Source: Polyangiaceae bacterium (lineage in GTDB: Bacteria; Myxococcota_A; Polyangia; Polyangiales; Polyangiaceae). Taken from it: DNA of 64,000 nucleotides. The DNA is taken from the NCBI GenBank assembly GCA_033763455.1, contig JANRKO010000039.1:96001-160000 (forward strand), read 5' to 3'. Below are positions 39,266 to 49,124 of this stretch, one piece after another (position 1 is the first letter of the stretch; each line of letters opens with the position of its first letter). Both the position numbers and the translations under genes were made by a program. The notes beneath the pieces were generated by a model. It worked only from the letters and a program-made list of their open reading frames with translations, did not search any database and was not told the origin of the DNA.

Positions 39266-40423
39266 ATGTCTTTCTACCTGCGCCACGCACCGGGCCGAAG
39301 AAACCACAACCGCACGCTACCGGACGTCACCCAGTTCAACGGCTACAAAGCTCAAGATTCGGAAGCTCTCTTACCCACGACGGAGTGGGAGTCCGAGTGC
39401 CGGCGCGGCCAGGAGCTCGGCCTCATGCCAGCCGACTCAATTGAAGACAAGCGCGAGATCAGCTGCTTCCAACGGGGAGAGCTGCCGCACTGGTCGGGCA
39501 TCAATACGTTTCTCAAGGCTCCCTACGTCGAAGATGTGCGCAAGGTCGGCGAGTACGATGTCGCGATTCTTGGGGCGCCTTTTGACGTGGGCACCACCTA
39601 CCGCTCTGGCACCCGCTTTGGACCCCAGGGCATTCGCCGCATCTCTTCCCTTTACACGCCGTACAGCTTTGAGATGGGCATCGACCTCAGGGAAAGCCTC
39701 AAGATCTGCGATTTAGGGGACATCTATTGCCCCGCCAACATCACCAAATCACACGATCAGATCAGCAAAGGTGTGGCCCATGTGCTTTCGCACGGCACGT
39801 TGCCCATCATCTTAGGTGGGGATCACTCCATCGGTTACCCAACGGCCCGCGGCATCGCTCAATGCATCGAAGGCAATGTGGGCATTATTCATCTCGATCG
39901 CCATGTCGATACTCAAGAGAAAGACATGGACGAGATCATGCACACCTGCCCGTGGTTCCACGCCACCAACATTCCCAATTGCCCTCCTCAGAACTTAGTG
40001 CAGCTCGGCATCGGCGGCTGGCAGTGCCCCCGCCCCGGCGTAAAACACGGCCGCTCCATGCGCACCACCATCCTCACGGTGGACGACATCGAAAGCATCG
40101 GCATCGAGAAGACCCTCGAAATCGCGCTAGAAACAGCCTGGAAGGGCGCAAGCGCGGTGTTCCTGTCGCTGGATATCGACTGCGTGGATGCGGGCTTCGT
40201 GCCGGGCACTGGGTGGCCGGAGCCGGGTGGGTTTTTGCCACGCGAGGTTCTCGCTCTTTTGCGGGGCGTTGCCAAAGAAGGCATCGCTGGCATGGAAGTG
40301 GTCGAAGTGGCGCCCCCTTATGACATCTCGGATATCACTTCGCTCTTGGCCGTTCGTGCCATCTGCGATGTGCTCGGAGCCATGGTGCAAAACGATCGCA
40401 TCGGTGGTCGTCTCAAGGCTTGA
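39266..40423 (+). CDS. gdmH: Ureohydrolase (arginase/agmatinase fold), GdmH-type guanidine hydrolase
   Basis: Metal ligands GGDHS, DRHVD and DIDCVD. N-terminal extension RGELPH.GINTF plus MHTCPWFHATN and PGTGWPEPGG match my recollection of Synechocystis Sll1077 (GdmH) rather than SpeB. Confidence 0.85.
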   Translation: MSFYLRHAPGRRNHNRTLPDVTQFNGYKAQDSEALLPTTEWESECRRGQELGLMPADSIEDKREISCFQRGELPHWSGINTFLKAPYVEDVRKVGEYDVAILGAPFDVGTTYRSGTRFGPQGIRRISSLYTPYSFEMGIDLRESLKICDLGDIYCPANITKSHDQISKGVAHVLSHGTLPIILGGDHSIGYPTARGIAQCIEGNVGIIHLDRHVDTQEKDMDEIMHTCPWFHATNIPNCPPQNLVQLGIGGWQCPRPGVKHGRSMRTTILTVDDIESIGIEKTLEIALETAWKGASAVFLSLDIDCVDAGFVPGTGWPEPGGFLPREVLALLRGVAKEGIAGMEVVEVAPPYDISDITSLLAVRAICDVLGAMVQNDRIGGRLKA

Positions 40424-42306
40424 GCCACTCAGTCGAAGTGTTCGAGGAACACACGGGAGAGCCAAGTGCCACGGGCCCAGCATTTCTATTGCTGGGCGAC
40501 CTGGGTGCAGCCGCGCCTGAGCTTGAGGTCGTCCGGGAGCGGACGGCCAAAGTGCTTGGCTTTGCCCCCGCGCTCGTGACTGGATATTTGCCGACGCGCT
40601 CCGAGGCACGAGCTGGCTTTGGGGCATGGGAGGCCGATCCACTAAAGAACCCCGTGATTTTAGCGTTGTCGAAGTTGGCAACGGCGGGGCACTCCGAAGT
40701 TTACATTTTGCCGGTGCGCCCGGATCTCGGTATTACCGAAAAACAGATCATCACCGAAGCAGTCCGTGAAACGCAGCGTACGTTTCCGAACGTGCGGGTG
40801 CGTTACGACTCGGTGGAGCCCTGCCACCCGCTCTTGCTTTCGGCCTACTTGGAAAGCGCCGCGCTAGCACTACACCGGCTAACGCCTTCGGGCCCAGGGC
40901 AGCTCGGGGTCCTTTTGGTATCGAGCGGTGAAGACGACGCCGTGCCACGCGCACACGCCTACCAACTCATGCGCCTGCTTTGGGAACAGCTCGGCGTTGC
41001 CAAGGGGGAAGTGGCTTTCCTTCGCCACAACAGAACCCCAGTGCCCGAACAGCTTGATGCCTGTTTGGCAACGGGCCTCTCGTGGGTGGTGGTGCCACAA
41101 TTTCTATTTCCTACCGAGCACTTTGAGTTTCTGCAAACCATCTACACGGATTTCGTTCGCCGTCACGAAATTGAAAACGATTGGGCGCTCTCAGAGCCCA
41201 TCGCACAACACCCGGCGTTCACGGCCTGGCTGGAGCAACGCCTCGTACGGATCTGGCAGGAAAATCGGGACAAGACGGACGCGCGCCAACCCACCGCGAA
41301 ACCTCGCAGCCCGGAGGCAAGCCTCCTACACAGGCCCGATGGAGCGATCGCCATGCGACCCGACACCAAGATGGAGTCCGGTTATCCCGGTGCCTGGCTC
41401 GCTGAGATTCGCGACCCCTCCGCGCTCACCCAGCTGACACGTGGCGCCGGAATCGAAGGAGAACGCATCTTCGTTAAGGTGACCTGGCACGGTTACGCAC
41501 AGGGCACGTACACCGATCCGGTAGCTCTCGAAACCTTACTAAAAGCACTTCCTGGCCGCGCCGTTATTCTGGAGGGACACACCTCCAGTCGCAATCAAGG
41601 TGGCGCCGAATGGGACTGGGAAAACGAAAGCCGCGCCCATCGCGCCTGGATCGTAGAACAAGATCGTGAATACCTTGAACGCACTGGGATCTTAGAAGTC
41701 TTAGAGCGCTACGGTGCCACCTATCTCAACCTCACGGAAACCTGGTGGGATGGTGCGTGCGCACCTGCCGCCGAAGTGCACGCGCTTTTGAAGGCTCAAG
41801 GCGTGGAGCTAAAGTTTTCAGAGCTCGCCGAGTTTGTCCCTCGGGTTTTCCTGGAAAACCGAGGCGCGCCCTTCATTAGCTATGCGCGTTTCAAAGGCCC
41901 CACCCGGCTCTCGCTAGCGAACCTCTTTGGCCTCTTACCGCCGCCGTTACGAACGGCGTGGCACGGCCCTAACATTACCTATTTTGCGCAGGTTTGCTGC
42001 GATCTTGCCAAGCTTTACGGTGCCCTGTTCACTACGTACGGCCTCGTGGAGTCGCTCAACGTCGCTGTGCGTTGGGATAGAAAAGGGCTCTACCGCAGCC
42101 GTTGGGGCAATTACGACCTCGTGCCACGGCCTGGGCTCGTCACTCTAGCCGCAGGTTTTGCGGGCGCCGATGTATTGGGCAGCCGCTTGCAAGGGCAAGA
42201 CGTACGGAAGAGTGCGTTCTTCGACGTCGTGCGCCAAGAGCTTGGCTACAACGCCGACCTTGAAACTCTGCCGGTCAATGCAGATCTGGTGCGTCGATTT
42301 GTATAG
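40420..42306 (+). CDS. Fusion protein: degenerate two-domain CbiX/SirB chelatase-like + DUF362-like domain
   Basis: N-half: FPNVRVRY..PCHP, GVLLVSSG.DD..AYQLMRLLWE..EVAFL, VVPQFLF. C-half: IFVKVT..YTDP..ILEG, RFKG..LSLANLFGLLP..WHG. TTGA overlap with gdmH. Confidence 0.7.
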   Translation: MSHSVEVFEEHTGEPSATGPAFLLLGDLGAAAPELEVVRERTAKVLGFAPALVTGYLPTRSEARAGFGAWEADPLKNPVILALSKLATAGHSEVYILPVRPDLGITEKQIITEAVRETQRTFPNVRVRYDSVEPCHPLLLSAYLESAALALHRLTPSGPGQLGVLLVSSGEDDAVPRAHAYQLMRLLWEQLGVAKGEVAFLRHNRTPVPEQLDACLATGLSWVVVPQFLFPTEHFEFLQTIYTDFVRRHEIENDWALSEPIAQHPAFTAWLEQRLVRIWQENRDKTDARQPTAKPRSPEASLLHRPDGAIAMRPDTKMESGYPGAWLAEIRDPSALTQLTRGAGIEGERIFVKVTWHGYAQGTYTDPVALETLLKALPGRAVILEGHTSSRNQGGAEWDWENESRAHRAWIVEQDREYLERTGILEVLERYGATYLNLTETWWDGACAPAAEVHALLKAQGVELKFSELAEFVPRVFLENRGAPFISYARFKGPTRLSLANLFGLLPPPLRTAWHGPNITYFAQVCCDLAKLYGALFTTYGLVESLNVAVRWDRKGLYRSRWGNYDLVPRPGLVTLAAGFAGADVLGSRLQGQDVRKSAFFDVVRQELGYNADLETLPVNADLVRRFV

Positions 42307-42384
42307 CGGGATTGTGAAGGCCCACCTGATCCGGTAATGCTTTGCCGTTCAGGCAACAGTTCAACCCCAATAGGAGATGCCCGC

Positions 42385-42954
42385 ATGATGCATTCAGTAT
42401 CCACCCGCCGTGTGTTCGCCGCCGTGGCGGCCCTTTCCGTATTGCTCGCCGCTCCGCTTGCTAGCGCACTCGACGCATTCCTTCAGATCGAGGGCGCGGA
42501 GATGAAAGGGGATTCTAAAGACAAAGACTTCAGGGATGCGATCGAAATCGATAGCTTCTCATTTGGCGTTCAGAACACCGGTGCGAGCTCGCCCGGAGCC
42601 GGGAGAGGGCGAAGCGCTCCCAACTTTACCGAGCTTAGCGTCCAAAAGAGCGCGGACTCTGCCAGCACGTATCTTTTCATGGCAGCCGCCAACGGCACGC
42701 TACTCAAGAGTGTGACTCTCTCGCTCAAAAAAAGCGGCGGTGATAAAGGTGGCGTCTTCTACAAAGTCACCCTCAAAGACGCCCAGGTAGCCAGCGTACA
42801 AACCTCAGCAGCCCCCAAAGGCGATGCCGTGCCCACTGAAAGCGTAACCTTTTCGTTCGCGAGCATCATCATCGAATACACCGCCGCTGATCCCAAAGGC
42901 GGACCTGGAAAGAAACATACGTTCAGCTGGGATACGAAAAACGTCAGGCAATAA
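42385..42954 (+). CDS. hcp: Hcp (T6SS tube-like) protein with an N-terminal export signal
   Basis: DAFLQIEG..KGDSKD...IEIDSFSFG, K.ADSAS, YKVTLKD..VAS, PTESVTFSF..I.IEY and SWD; AGGAG RBS precedes a 28-aa signal ending ASA. Confidence 0.85.
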   Translation: MMHSVSTRRVFAAVAALSVLLAAPLASALDAFLQIEGAEMKGDSKDKDFRDAIEIDSFSFGVQNTGASSPGAGRGRSAPNFTELSVQKSADSASTYLFMAAANGTLLKSVTLSLKKSGGDKGGVFYKVTLKDAQVASVQTSAAPKGDAVPTESVTFSFASIIIEYTAADPKGGPGKKHTFSWDTKNVRQ

Positions 42955-42978
42955 GCTCGAACCGGGGACGCACTGGCC

Positions 42979-43000
42979 GGCCCATGCCTTGACATGGGCC
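42979..43000 (+). terminator. 8-bp GC hairpin downstream of hcp
   Basis: GGCCCATG-CCTTGA-CATGGGCC; no U-tract. Confidence 0.4.
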
Positions 43001-43025
43001 AAGCCGGGCATCAGCTACTTCATGA

Positions 43026-43544
43026 GTGCCCGATTCATTTCTGCAAATTCCGTTGCGAACGCTCGAAGGCGAGCCGTATTCATTGGCTGAGCATGCTGGA
43101 GATGTGTTGTTGATCGTGAATGTTGCGAGCGCCTGCGGATTCACACCGCAATACGCAGGGCTTGAGGCGCTGTATCGTAAGCACAAAGATCAGGGGTTCA
43201 CGGTGCTTGGGTTCCCGTGCAACCAATTCGGCAAGCAAGAGCCTGGGGACCCGGAAGCGATCCGAACATTCTGCAACAACCGCTTCCAGATTACTTTCCC
43301 AATCTTGGAGAAAGTGGACGTCAATGGGTCGAATGCACACCCGCTTTACAAGGCCCTGAAGCGTGCTGCGCCGGGCCTACTCGGGACGGAAGCCATCAAG
43401 TGGAATTTCACCAAGTTCTTAGTCGACCGAAGCGGGAAAATTGTGAAGCGCTTTGGTCCGGCGGACACGCCAGATAAGCTTGAACGGCCAATTGCTGAGC
43501 TTCTCGAGAAACCTTTTGCCTCCAACACGGTCAGTCGGAAGTGA
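43026..43544 (+). CDS. Glutathione peroxidase family (Cys-type, BtuE-like)
   Basis: NVASACGFT, GFPCNQF and IKWNFTKFL motifs. Confidence 0.95.
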   Translation: MPDSFLQIPLRTLEGEPYSLAEHAGDVLLIVNVASACGFTPQYAGLEALYRKHKDQGFTVLGFPCNQFGKQEPGDPEAIRTFCNNRFQITFPILEKVDVNGSNAHPLYKALKRAAPGLLGTEAIKWNFTKFLVDRSGKIVKRFGPADTPDKLERPIAELLEKPFASNTVSRK

Positions 43545-43638
43545 GGTCATAACAATTACCTTAGGCTGGTGCACGGGCGCCCTGCCGCAAACCCAAGCCG
43601 ACATGAAAAACAACTAGAACTCAGCTAGGGTGCTGGGG

Positions 43639-44139
43639 ATGCTTCGAAAAATGACTGGGTTTGAGCGGGATAGCGAGGGCGATTGGGTGGTGGAGCTTGG
43701 CTGCGCCCATCGCCAACATGTCCGACACAAGCCACCCTTTCAAAACCACGCCTGGGTCACTTCTGACGAGGGCCGAACCTCGCGCCTCGGCCAGGAGCTG
43801 AATTGCCCTCTCTGCGATCGACTAGAGCCACCTCACGGCCTCGAAGTCTACAAGCGGACTCCGGAGTGTACGACTGAAACGATCCCGCAGGGCCTGCTCC
43901 GAGACCACACGCTCAAATCAGGTGTCTGGGGTCGAATCCACGTGCTTGAGGGTCAGATCGAGTACACGATTCCATCCTTGGGAGGAAAGATGCATCAATC
44001 TCTTTTGCAACCGGGCAACGTGGGTATCGTCGCGCCAGAGGTTCCGCATCACATTGCGCCCATTGGCCCAGTCAGGCTCTTCATCGAATTTCTCCAACGG
44101 CCACCAACGGCACCATCGGAACTCCTGAGCAAACAATGA
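43639..44139 (+). CDS. DUF3565 + DUF1971 (TehB/YeaR-like cupin) fusion
   Basis: DWVVELGCAHRQHVRHKPP..WV..CPLCD followed by HTLKSGVWGRIHVLEG..PEVPHHI. Confidence 0.75.
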   Translation: MLRKMTGFERDSEGDWVVELGCAHRQHVRHKPPFQNHAWVTSDEGRTSRLGQELNCPLCDRLEPPHGLEVYKRTPECTTETIPQGLLRDHTLKSGVWGRIHVLEGQIEYTIPSLGGKMHQSLLQPGNVGIVAPEVPHHIAPIGPVRLFIEFLQRPPTAPSELLSKQ

Positions 44140-45044
44140 CCTCACCACCCGGGACAGCACTCGTTACCGGAGCCACAGGCTTCATTGGAAGAGCCCTTGT
44201 CCCCGCCCTTTTGGCACACGGTTGGGACGTTGCCGCGGGGAGTCGGCACACCAAACACGCCAGTCCGACACAAGGCGTACACTGGTTAACGTTTGACTTG
44301 CTGCAGCCTGAGTCCTTCGATACAGCGTTTGAAGGCGTAAAAGTCGCTTATTATTTGGTCCACAGCATGGGGGACCACCAAGCTGATTTTCGCACTCGAG
44401 AGCTACGTGCCGCGCGAGCTTTTGCACAGGCCGCAGAACGCGCGGGGGTCGAGCGCATCGTGTACTTGGGCGGCCCGGCTCCGCCCGTTGGGGCCTCCGA
44501 ACACTTGCGTAGCCGATCAGAAGTCGGAGAGGTTTTGCGTGCGGGCAAGGTGCCAACCGTGGAGCTCAGGGCGTCGATGGTCATTGGTCACGGTAGTGCG
44601 TCGTGGCAAATCGTGCGGGACTTGGCCCTGCGCTTGCCGGTGATGGTGCTACCGAAATGGCTGAGCTCTCGCACGCGACCGATCGCTCTTGACGACGTGG
44701 TGGCCGCTTTGGTCGCCGCAGCAGAGGTGCCCATCGAAAGGAACGAGTGGTTCGATGTTCCTGGGCCCGAAACCATGGACGGGCAGCAAATTCTGGAACG
44801 CATCGCGGCCCTCGGTGGCCGCCATTTTATAGCCCTCAAGGTGCCATTCCTAACGCCACGCCTATCGTCCCTTTGGCTTCGGTTGGTTACGCGGACCGAT
44901 TACGCTGTAGCACGCGAGTTGGTCATGGGATTAACGAGTGATTTGCTGCCTCACGATGAGCGTTTTTGGAGCCTCATCGGCCACACCGAGCTCGTCTCAT
45001 TCGACGAAGCAGCACGACGCGCTCTGGCAGCCGAGCGGGCGTGA
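44136..45044 (+). CDS. NAD-dependent epimerase/atypical SDR (YbjT-like)
   Basis: LVTGATGFIG, YYLVHSM, SEHLRSR and ELRASMVIG motifs. Confidence 0.88.
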   Translation: MTSPPGTALVTGATGFIGRALVPALLAHGWDVAAGSRHTKHASPTQGVHWLTFDLLQPESFDTAFEGVKVAYYLVHSMGDHQADFRTRELRAARAFAQAAERAGVERIVYLGGPAPPVGASEHLRSRSEVGEVLRAGKVPTVELRASMVIGHGSASWQIVRDLALRLPVMVLPKWLSSRTRPIALDDVVAALVAAAEVPIERNEWFDVPGPETMDGQQILERIAALGGRHFIALKVPFLTPRLSSLWLRLVTRTDYAVARELVMGLTSDLLPHDERFWSLIGHTELVSFDEAARRALAAERA

Positions 45045-45179
45045 AACGCGAACTCTCGGGCTTCCCGGCATTTGGCGCTGTTTTTCGGTACGAGAGGTAC
45101 TTCGCATGACAAGTAACTTGGCCTTCAAGCGGGCGCACACTTGCGTTTGCGGGCTGTTTCGACAACCGTGCAAGTCACT

Positions 45180-47744
45180 ATGGGAATTGGCGGTTTCTCA
45201 CGGAGATTGGGCGGTAAGAGTTGGCTTAGGCTAGGCCTTTGGGGGCTTGTGGCGAGCTTTTCCATAGGAGCCTGTGGCAATTCGGACGAAGAAGAGATCC
45301 AGAAGGCGAAGCTCTCTGAAGGCTGCCTCATTAATAGCGACTGCCGAGCGCCGTTAGCCTGCGCCTTTCGCCGCTGTCACACGGCGTGTGAAACCACCCG
45401 AGATTGTGTCGCTCCGCAACTATGCGTGGCGAGCGACAAGCCATTTTCTGTGTGTCAGCTCGAAGACGAGCGTCAGTGCACGTACCATAGTGAGTGTGCT
45501 GGCTCACAGCTCTGCGGCGTTGACGGAAACTGCCGCGACCAGTGTGCCACTTCACGGGATTGTCTGCGGGATCAGGTATGTACGCAAGGAACCTGCGCTG
45601 AGCCTAGCGAACTTCTGAATGGCAGCTTACCGCCGAGTCCGGCGGCTACAGCCGTTGGAGGCCAGGTGTGTACCTACAACTCGGAATGCCCAGGAGATTT
45701 GGTATGTCGCGCAGGTGTGTGCGGCAAAGAGTGCCTTGACACCAAAGATTGCGCGCCGGGTTACCGCTGTAACGCGCAGAATCGTTGCGAAAGTCCCTTA
45801 CAGGGAAGCGCGGGCGCGGGCAACTTGGCGTCGGGTGGCAGCGCCGGCAGCGGTGGCGGCGGCATGAGTGGAGGCAACCAGAACGCAGGCGGAAGCCCGC
45901 TCACTTCCGATGGTGCCGGAGGTATGAGTGCGGCCACTGGAGGTAGCACTGCCACTGGAGGCAGCGGAGGTGCGGGCCCAGAAGTGTGCCCAGGCGCTGG
46001 CTGGACACGCCCCTGCCAAGCGTGTGCCGACGGCCCTGTCGGTGTCCAAGCCTGTGAACAAAACCAAGCTGGCTTTGCTTGGGGCGCGTGCATCGGCGGC
46101 CAGGCTAGCGAAGCCTGTGATGGGAAGGACAACGACTGCGATGGCACACCGGACAACGGAGTGGGCTTCGAGTGCATCCTCGGGCAGACAGCGCAGTGTA
46201 GCCCAGGCGGCAACTGCGCGAGCATTCAGGGGAGCAAGAGCTGCATCGTCGTCGGCAATCTCTGTAAGTACGGTGCTTGCGCCGCGGGCCTAGAAATCTG
46301 TAACGGTGAGGACGACGACTGCAACGGCACTAAAGACGACGGCGCAGGCATGACGTGCATCCTCGGCTCTTCCCCGAGTGCTTGCACGATTTCTAAAAAC
46401 AACTGTAGCCAACCCGGCATTCCCTCCTGCGATGCGGCTTGCCACCTAAAATGCGCACCCGCCGCCGAGATTTGCGACGGGATTGACAATGATTGCGAAG
46501 GCACCATCGATGTTGTTCCGAACGGTATTCAGTGCAAAAAAGACAGCACCGAGCCGTGCATGGTTCAAGCGTGCAACATGACGCTCACAGGCTCACGCAC
46601 GTGCTCAAGTGGCTGCGCCTGGGGCTCTTGCGTGGTGGCGGATGCCTGCAACGATCTGGATGATTCTTGTGACGGCAGAATCGACGAGGGTTACAAGTAC
46701 GTCGCTGGTGTTTCGGGCGTACTGCTGGCTGGAACGTATAACAACACCGGAGTAGCTAGCGTTCTGGATGGCAACACGGTGTGGGTCGGCTGGACCGACG
46801 CAGCGCTGGGGTCCGACAAGCTTCGAGTCGGCAAGTTTGACGTGGCCACGGGCAGCCCCCAGTCGCTGATTGCGGACGCAGGAGTGGGGTTAAGCTTTGG
46901 GAACTACAATCCCGCCTCGGGCGTCAAGATCGGCAACGACGTTTGGTTTGCCGTGATGGGAGCTAACACCACACAGATTTGGGTAGCGCGCGCTAGCGGT
47001 GGCTCACCGGGCGTGGCTCCGGTGCTCACCACTTGGCAGATCGCCGGTCTGCCGGCTTCCGGCGGCTACTACCGGCTCGGGGCTCTCGCTTCAGACGGCA
47101 CGGATCTCTACATCACATACAGGCTAGCTACGGGTCCGCTCCGCGCAGCGCGAATTTCGACATCCACTCTCTTGGTAACCTGGGACCGCGAACTCACGCC
47201 CTCCGAGCCAGCCCCTGCGGCACTCGCGTTCGAGGGGAGCAGCTTGCACGCCATTTGGTGCGATACCGCCCAGGCCAAGTTGCGCCACGCTCGCTTGTCT
47301 ACAAGTGACGGCGTCCCCACGGTGGCGTCTCATATCGTGGTGAACAGCGAATGCACGGCGCCGGGTAAACGCGAAGCATTCGTGGAATACACAAATGGAG
47401 CACTCTTGACCGTGGCTCGATCCGCGACCTTTACCGCTCAAGTCGCCACACTGTCGTTAACTGGGGTAACGCAATCCACCCAAAGCTTCGCCGTGCCCGG
47501 GCAAAATGCTCTGTACTTTGCGCTCCGCGTTGGCAATACCTCAGCCTTCGCGGTAGGGAGCGAAGCGGGGGTTCGTCGCTACTCACAACAAGGAGTTCTC
47601 GCCAGCTCGGCCACCGAAGGCCCCTCCTTGAGCACCTATTCCGCCAATGGCAGCCTACTTTATCCAGCGGGTGGGCCGGTGAGCATCGGAGTGAATCCGA
47701 CGAATCCAGCGCAAATTGTGATGACCCGACTGCAATGTCCGTGA
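45180..47744 (+). CDS. Large Cys-rich lipoprotein with repeated E-x-C-(D/N)-G-x-D-(N/D)-D-C motifs
   Basis: Lipobox IGAC, C-rich repeats, Gly linker, EACDGKDNDCDG / EICNGEDDDCNG / EICDGIDNDCEG, and a beta-rich C-terminus. Confidence 0.8.
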   Translation: MGIGGFSRRLGGKSWLRLGLWGLVASFSIGACGNSDEEEIQKAKLSEGCLINSDCRAPLACAFRRCHTACETTRDCVAPQLCVASDKPFSVCQLEDERQCTYHSECAGSQLCGVDGNCRDQCATSRDCLRDQVCTQGTCAEPSELLNGSLPPSPAATAVGGQVCTYNSECPGDLVCRAGVCGKECLDTKDCAPGYRCNAQNRCESPLQGSAGAGNLASGGSAGSGGGGMSGGNQNAGGSPLTSDGAGGMSAATGGSTATGGSGGAGPEVCPGAGWTRPCQACADGPVGVQACEQNQAGFAWGACIGGQASEACDGKDNDCDGTPDNGVGFECILGQTAQCSPGGNCASIQGSKSCIVVGNLCKYGACAAGLEICNGEDDDCNGTKDDGAGMTCILGSSPSACTISKNNCSQPGIPSCDAACHLKCAPAAEICDGIDNDCEGTIDVVPNGIQCKKDSTEPCMVQACNMTLTGSRTCSSGCAWGSCVVADACNDLDDSCDGRIDEGYKYVAGVSGVLLAGTYNNTGVASVLDGNTVWVGWTDAALGSDKLRVGKFDVATGSPQSLIADAGVGLSFGNYNPASGVKIGNDVWFAVMGANTTQIWVARASGGSPGVAPVLTTWQIAGLPASGGYYRLGALASDGTDLYITYRLATGPLRAARISTSTLLVTWDRELTPSEPAPAALAFEGSSLHAIWCDTAQAKLRHARLSTSDGVPTVASHIVVNSECTAPGKREAFVEYTNGALLTVARSATFTAQVATLSLTGVTQSTQSFAVPGQNALYFALRVGNTSAFAVGSEAGVRRYSQQGVLASSATEGPSLSTYSANGSLLYPAGGPVSIGVNPTNPAQIVMTRLQCP

Positions 47745-47771
47745 ATCGAGCCTTGCGGGGAGGCCCGGGCC

Positions 47772-49124
47772 CTAAGTCGTTAACCCCGGCACGCCCGTTG
47801 TAGCAAGCGCTACATCGCTCCCAAAAGATGTAACCGGGGAGCCCATGATGTTTGCGATGGATAGCAACACTTGGCTCATGTTGCTGCCCGGGTGCCGCAG
47901 GTGTTGATTGCCGGTCAGCTTGCCGCCCGCTTTGCCGATGAGCATGACTGGGAAATCGGTCATCTGGTGTGTCTTACCCCACGCGGTGTCCGTGCTTGAG
48001 TAGATGAGGCTGTAGTCTAGCAAGTTACCCCCTCCCACGCTGATGCCCTGCATCTTCACGAGCATTTCTGCCAGAGATTCCATCGTAAAAAGCACGCCTT
48101 TGTGGACGCGTGTCTGAATATCTGGGCCGGTGTGTCCGCCAGGATCTTCGTGGCAAATCGTGTCGTGGTAGTCGGCGTTCATGTCAGCGCCAAGGCCTCG
48201 GAAATACACGTGCGCCGCCGGCAACATGAACACATAGCTGCCCACGTTCGTGAGCCCGCAGGAAAGTGCAAGAATCATGAGATCCGTCATCGCGGTATTC
48301 ACGGCTGGGGTGGCCTCCTCGTTCTCATCTGCGTCAACGGTTGGGCGCGTTGGGGAGCCGCAAGCGAGCTGTACAGGAGCCACGAGGCGGGACTCAATGG
48401 CACGGATCCCCTCAAGGTGGCTCTCGAGCCTTTGTTGATCTGCCATGCCGAGCCGCCCACGCAAGGCCGCGCCATCGGCGAGCACGGAATCCAACACACT
48501 CCGCTTAACGCCTAGCAATGGAGAGGCTTGCGGTGTGCTCGTGCCCCCCGGCGCCATTTGCGAAAATAGCCTATCAAACACCACCTTTGGGGCGTATTCG
48601 GGGCGCAAGGGAGCTCCGGGGCCGCGGTGAGAAACCGCGTGCAAGGTGATGGCGCCATCTTCATTCGGCGTAGCTGCTGTAACGCCAACTTCGAGCGAAC
48701 GAAACGGCATCCCCGCGGAGGTGATGTCTGCCACCACCTGATCGATCGACGGACCTCCGGGCGTGGTTGTACCTGGAAGAAAGCCACCCACCGTCGCAGC
48801 AGCGGCGCCGCCCCAATGCGTACCAGCATCCACCAAGCTGCCATACCCTGACACCACGGTGAGATATTCCTTCACATGCGCGAGCGGCATCAACTCAGGG
48901 CTAAGCTGCCAATTGGACCCAGTCGCTTCGGGAATAAACATTCCCGGCAAGACACCGTTACCGAAGAACCACGTCAGATAGCGCACCGGTATCGCCGCAC
49001 CCTGTGCGAACGCTGTGCCATTCCCGTTTAACATGATATCGAGCGTGGGTAATGGCACGGCTACGGCTCCACCCGTGGCGAGCAGGCCCTTCAAAACGTG
49101 GCGTCGGCTCAGAGTATTTTTCAT
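47772..49124 (-). CDS. DUF1552 family protein (copy 3)
   Basis: LSRRHVLKG Tat motif, FFGNG, SIDQVVA, PKVVFDRLF and LLDYS. Confidence 0.9.
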   Translation of the reverse strand: MKNTLSRRHVLKGLLATGGAVAVPLPTLDIMLNGNGTAFAQGAAIPVRYLTWFFGNGVLPGMFIPEATGSNWQLSPELMPLAHVKEYLTVVSGYGSLVDAGTHWGGAAAATVGGFLPGTTTPGGPSIDQVVADITSAGMPFRSLEVGVTAATPNEDGAITLHAVSHRGPGAPLRPEYAPKVVFDRLFSQMAPGGTSTPQASPLLGVKRSVLDSVLADGAALRGRLGMADQQRLESHLEGIRAIESRLVAPVQLACGSPTRPTVDADENEEATPAVNTAMTDLMILALSCGLTNVGSYVFMLPAAHVYFRGLGADMNADYHDTICHEDPGGHTGPDIQTRVHKGVLFTMESLAEMLVKMQGISVGGGNLLDYSLIYSSTDTAWGKTHQMTDFPVMLIGKAGGKLTGNQHLRHPGSNMSQVLLSIANIMGSPVTSFGSDVALATTGVPGLTT

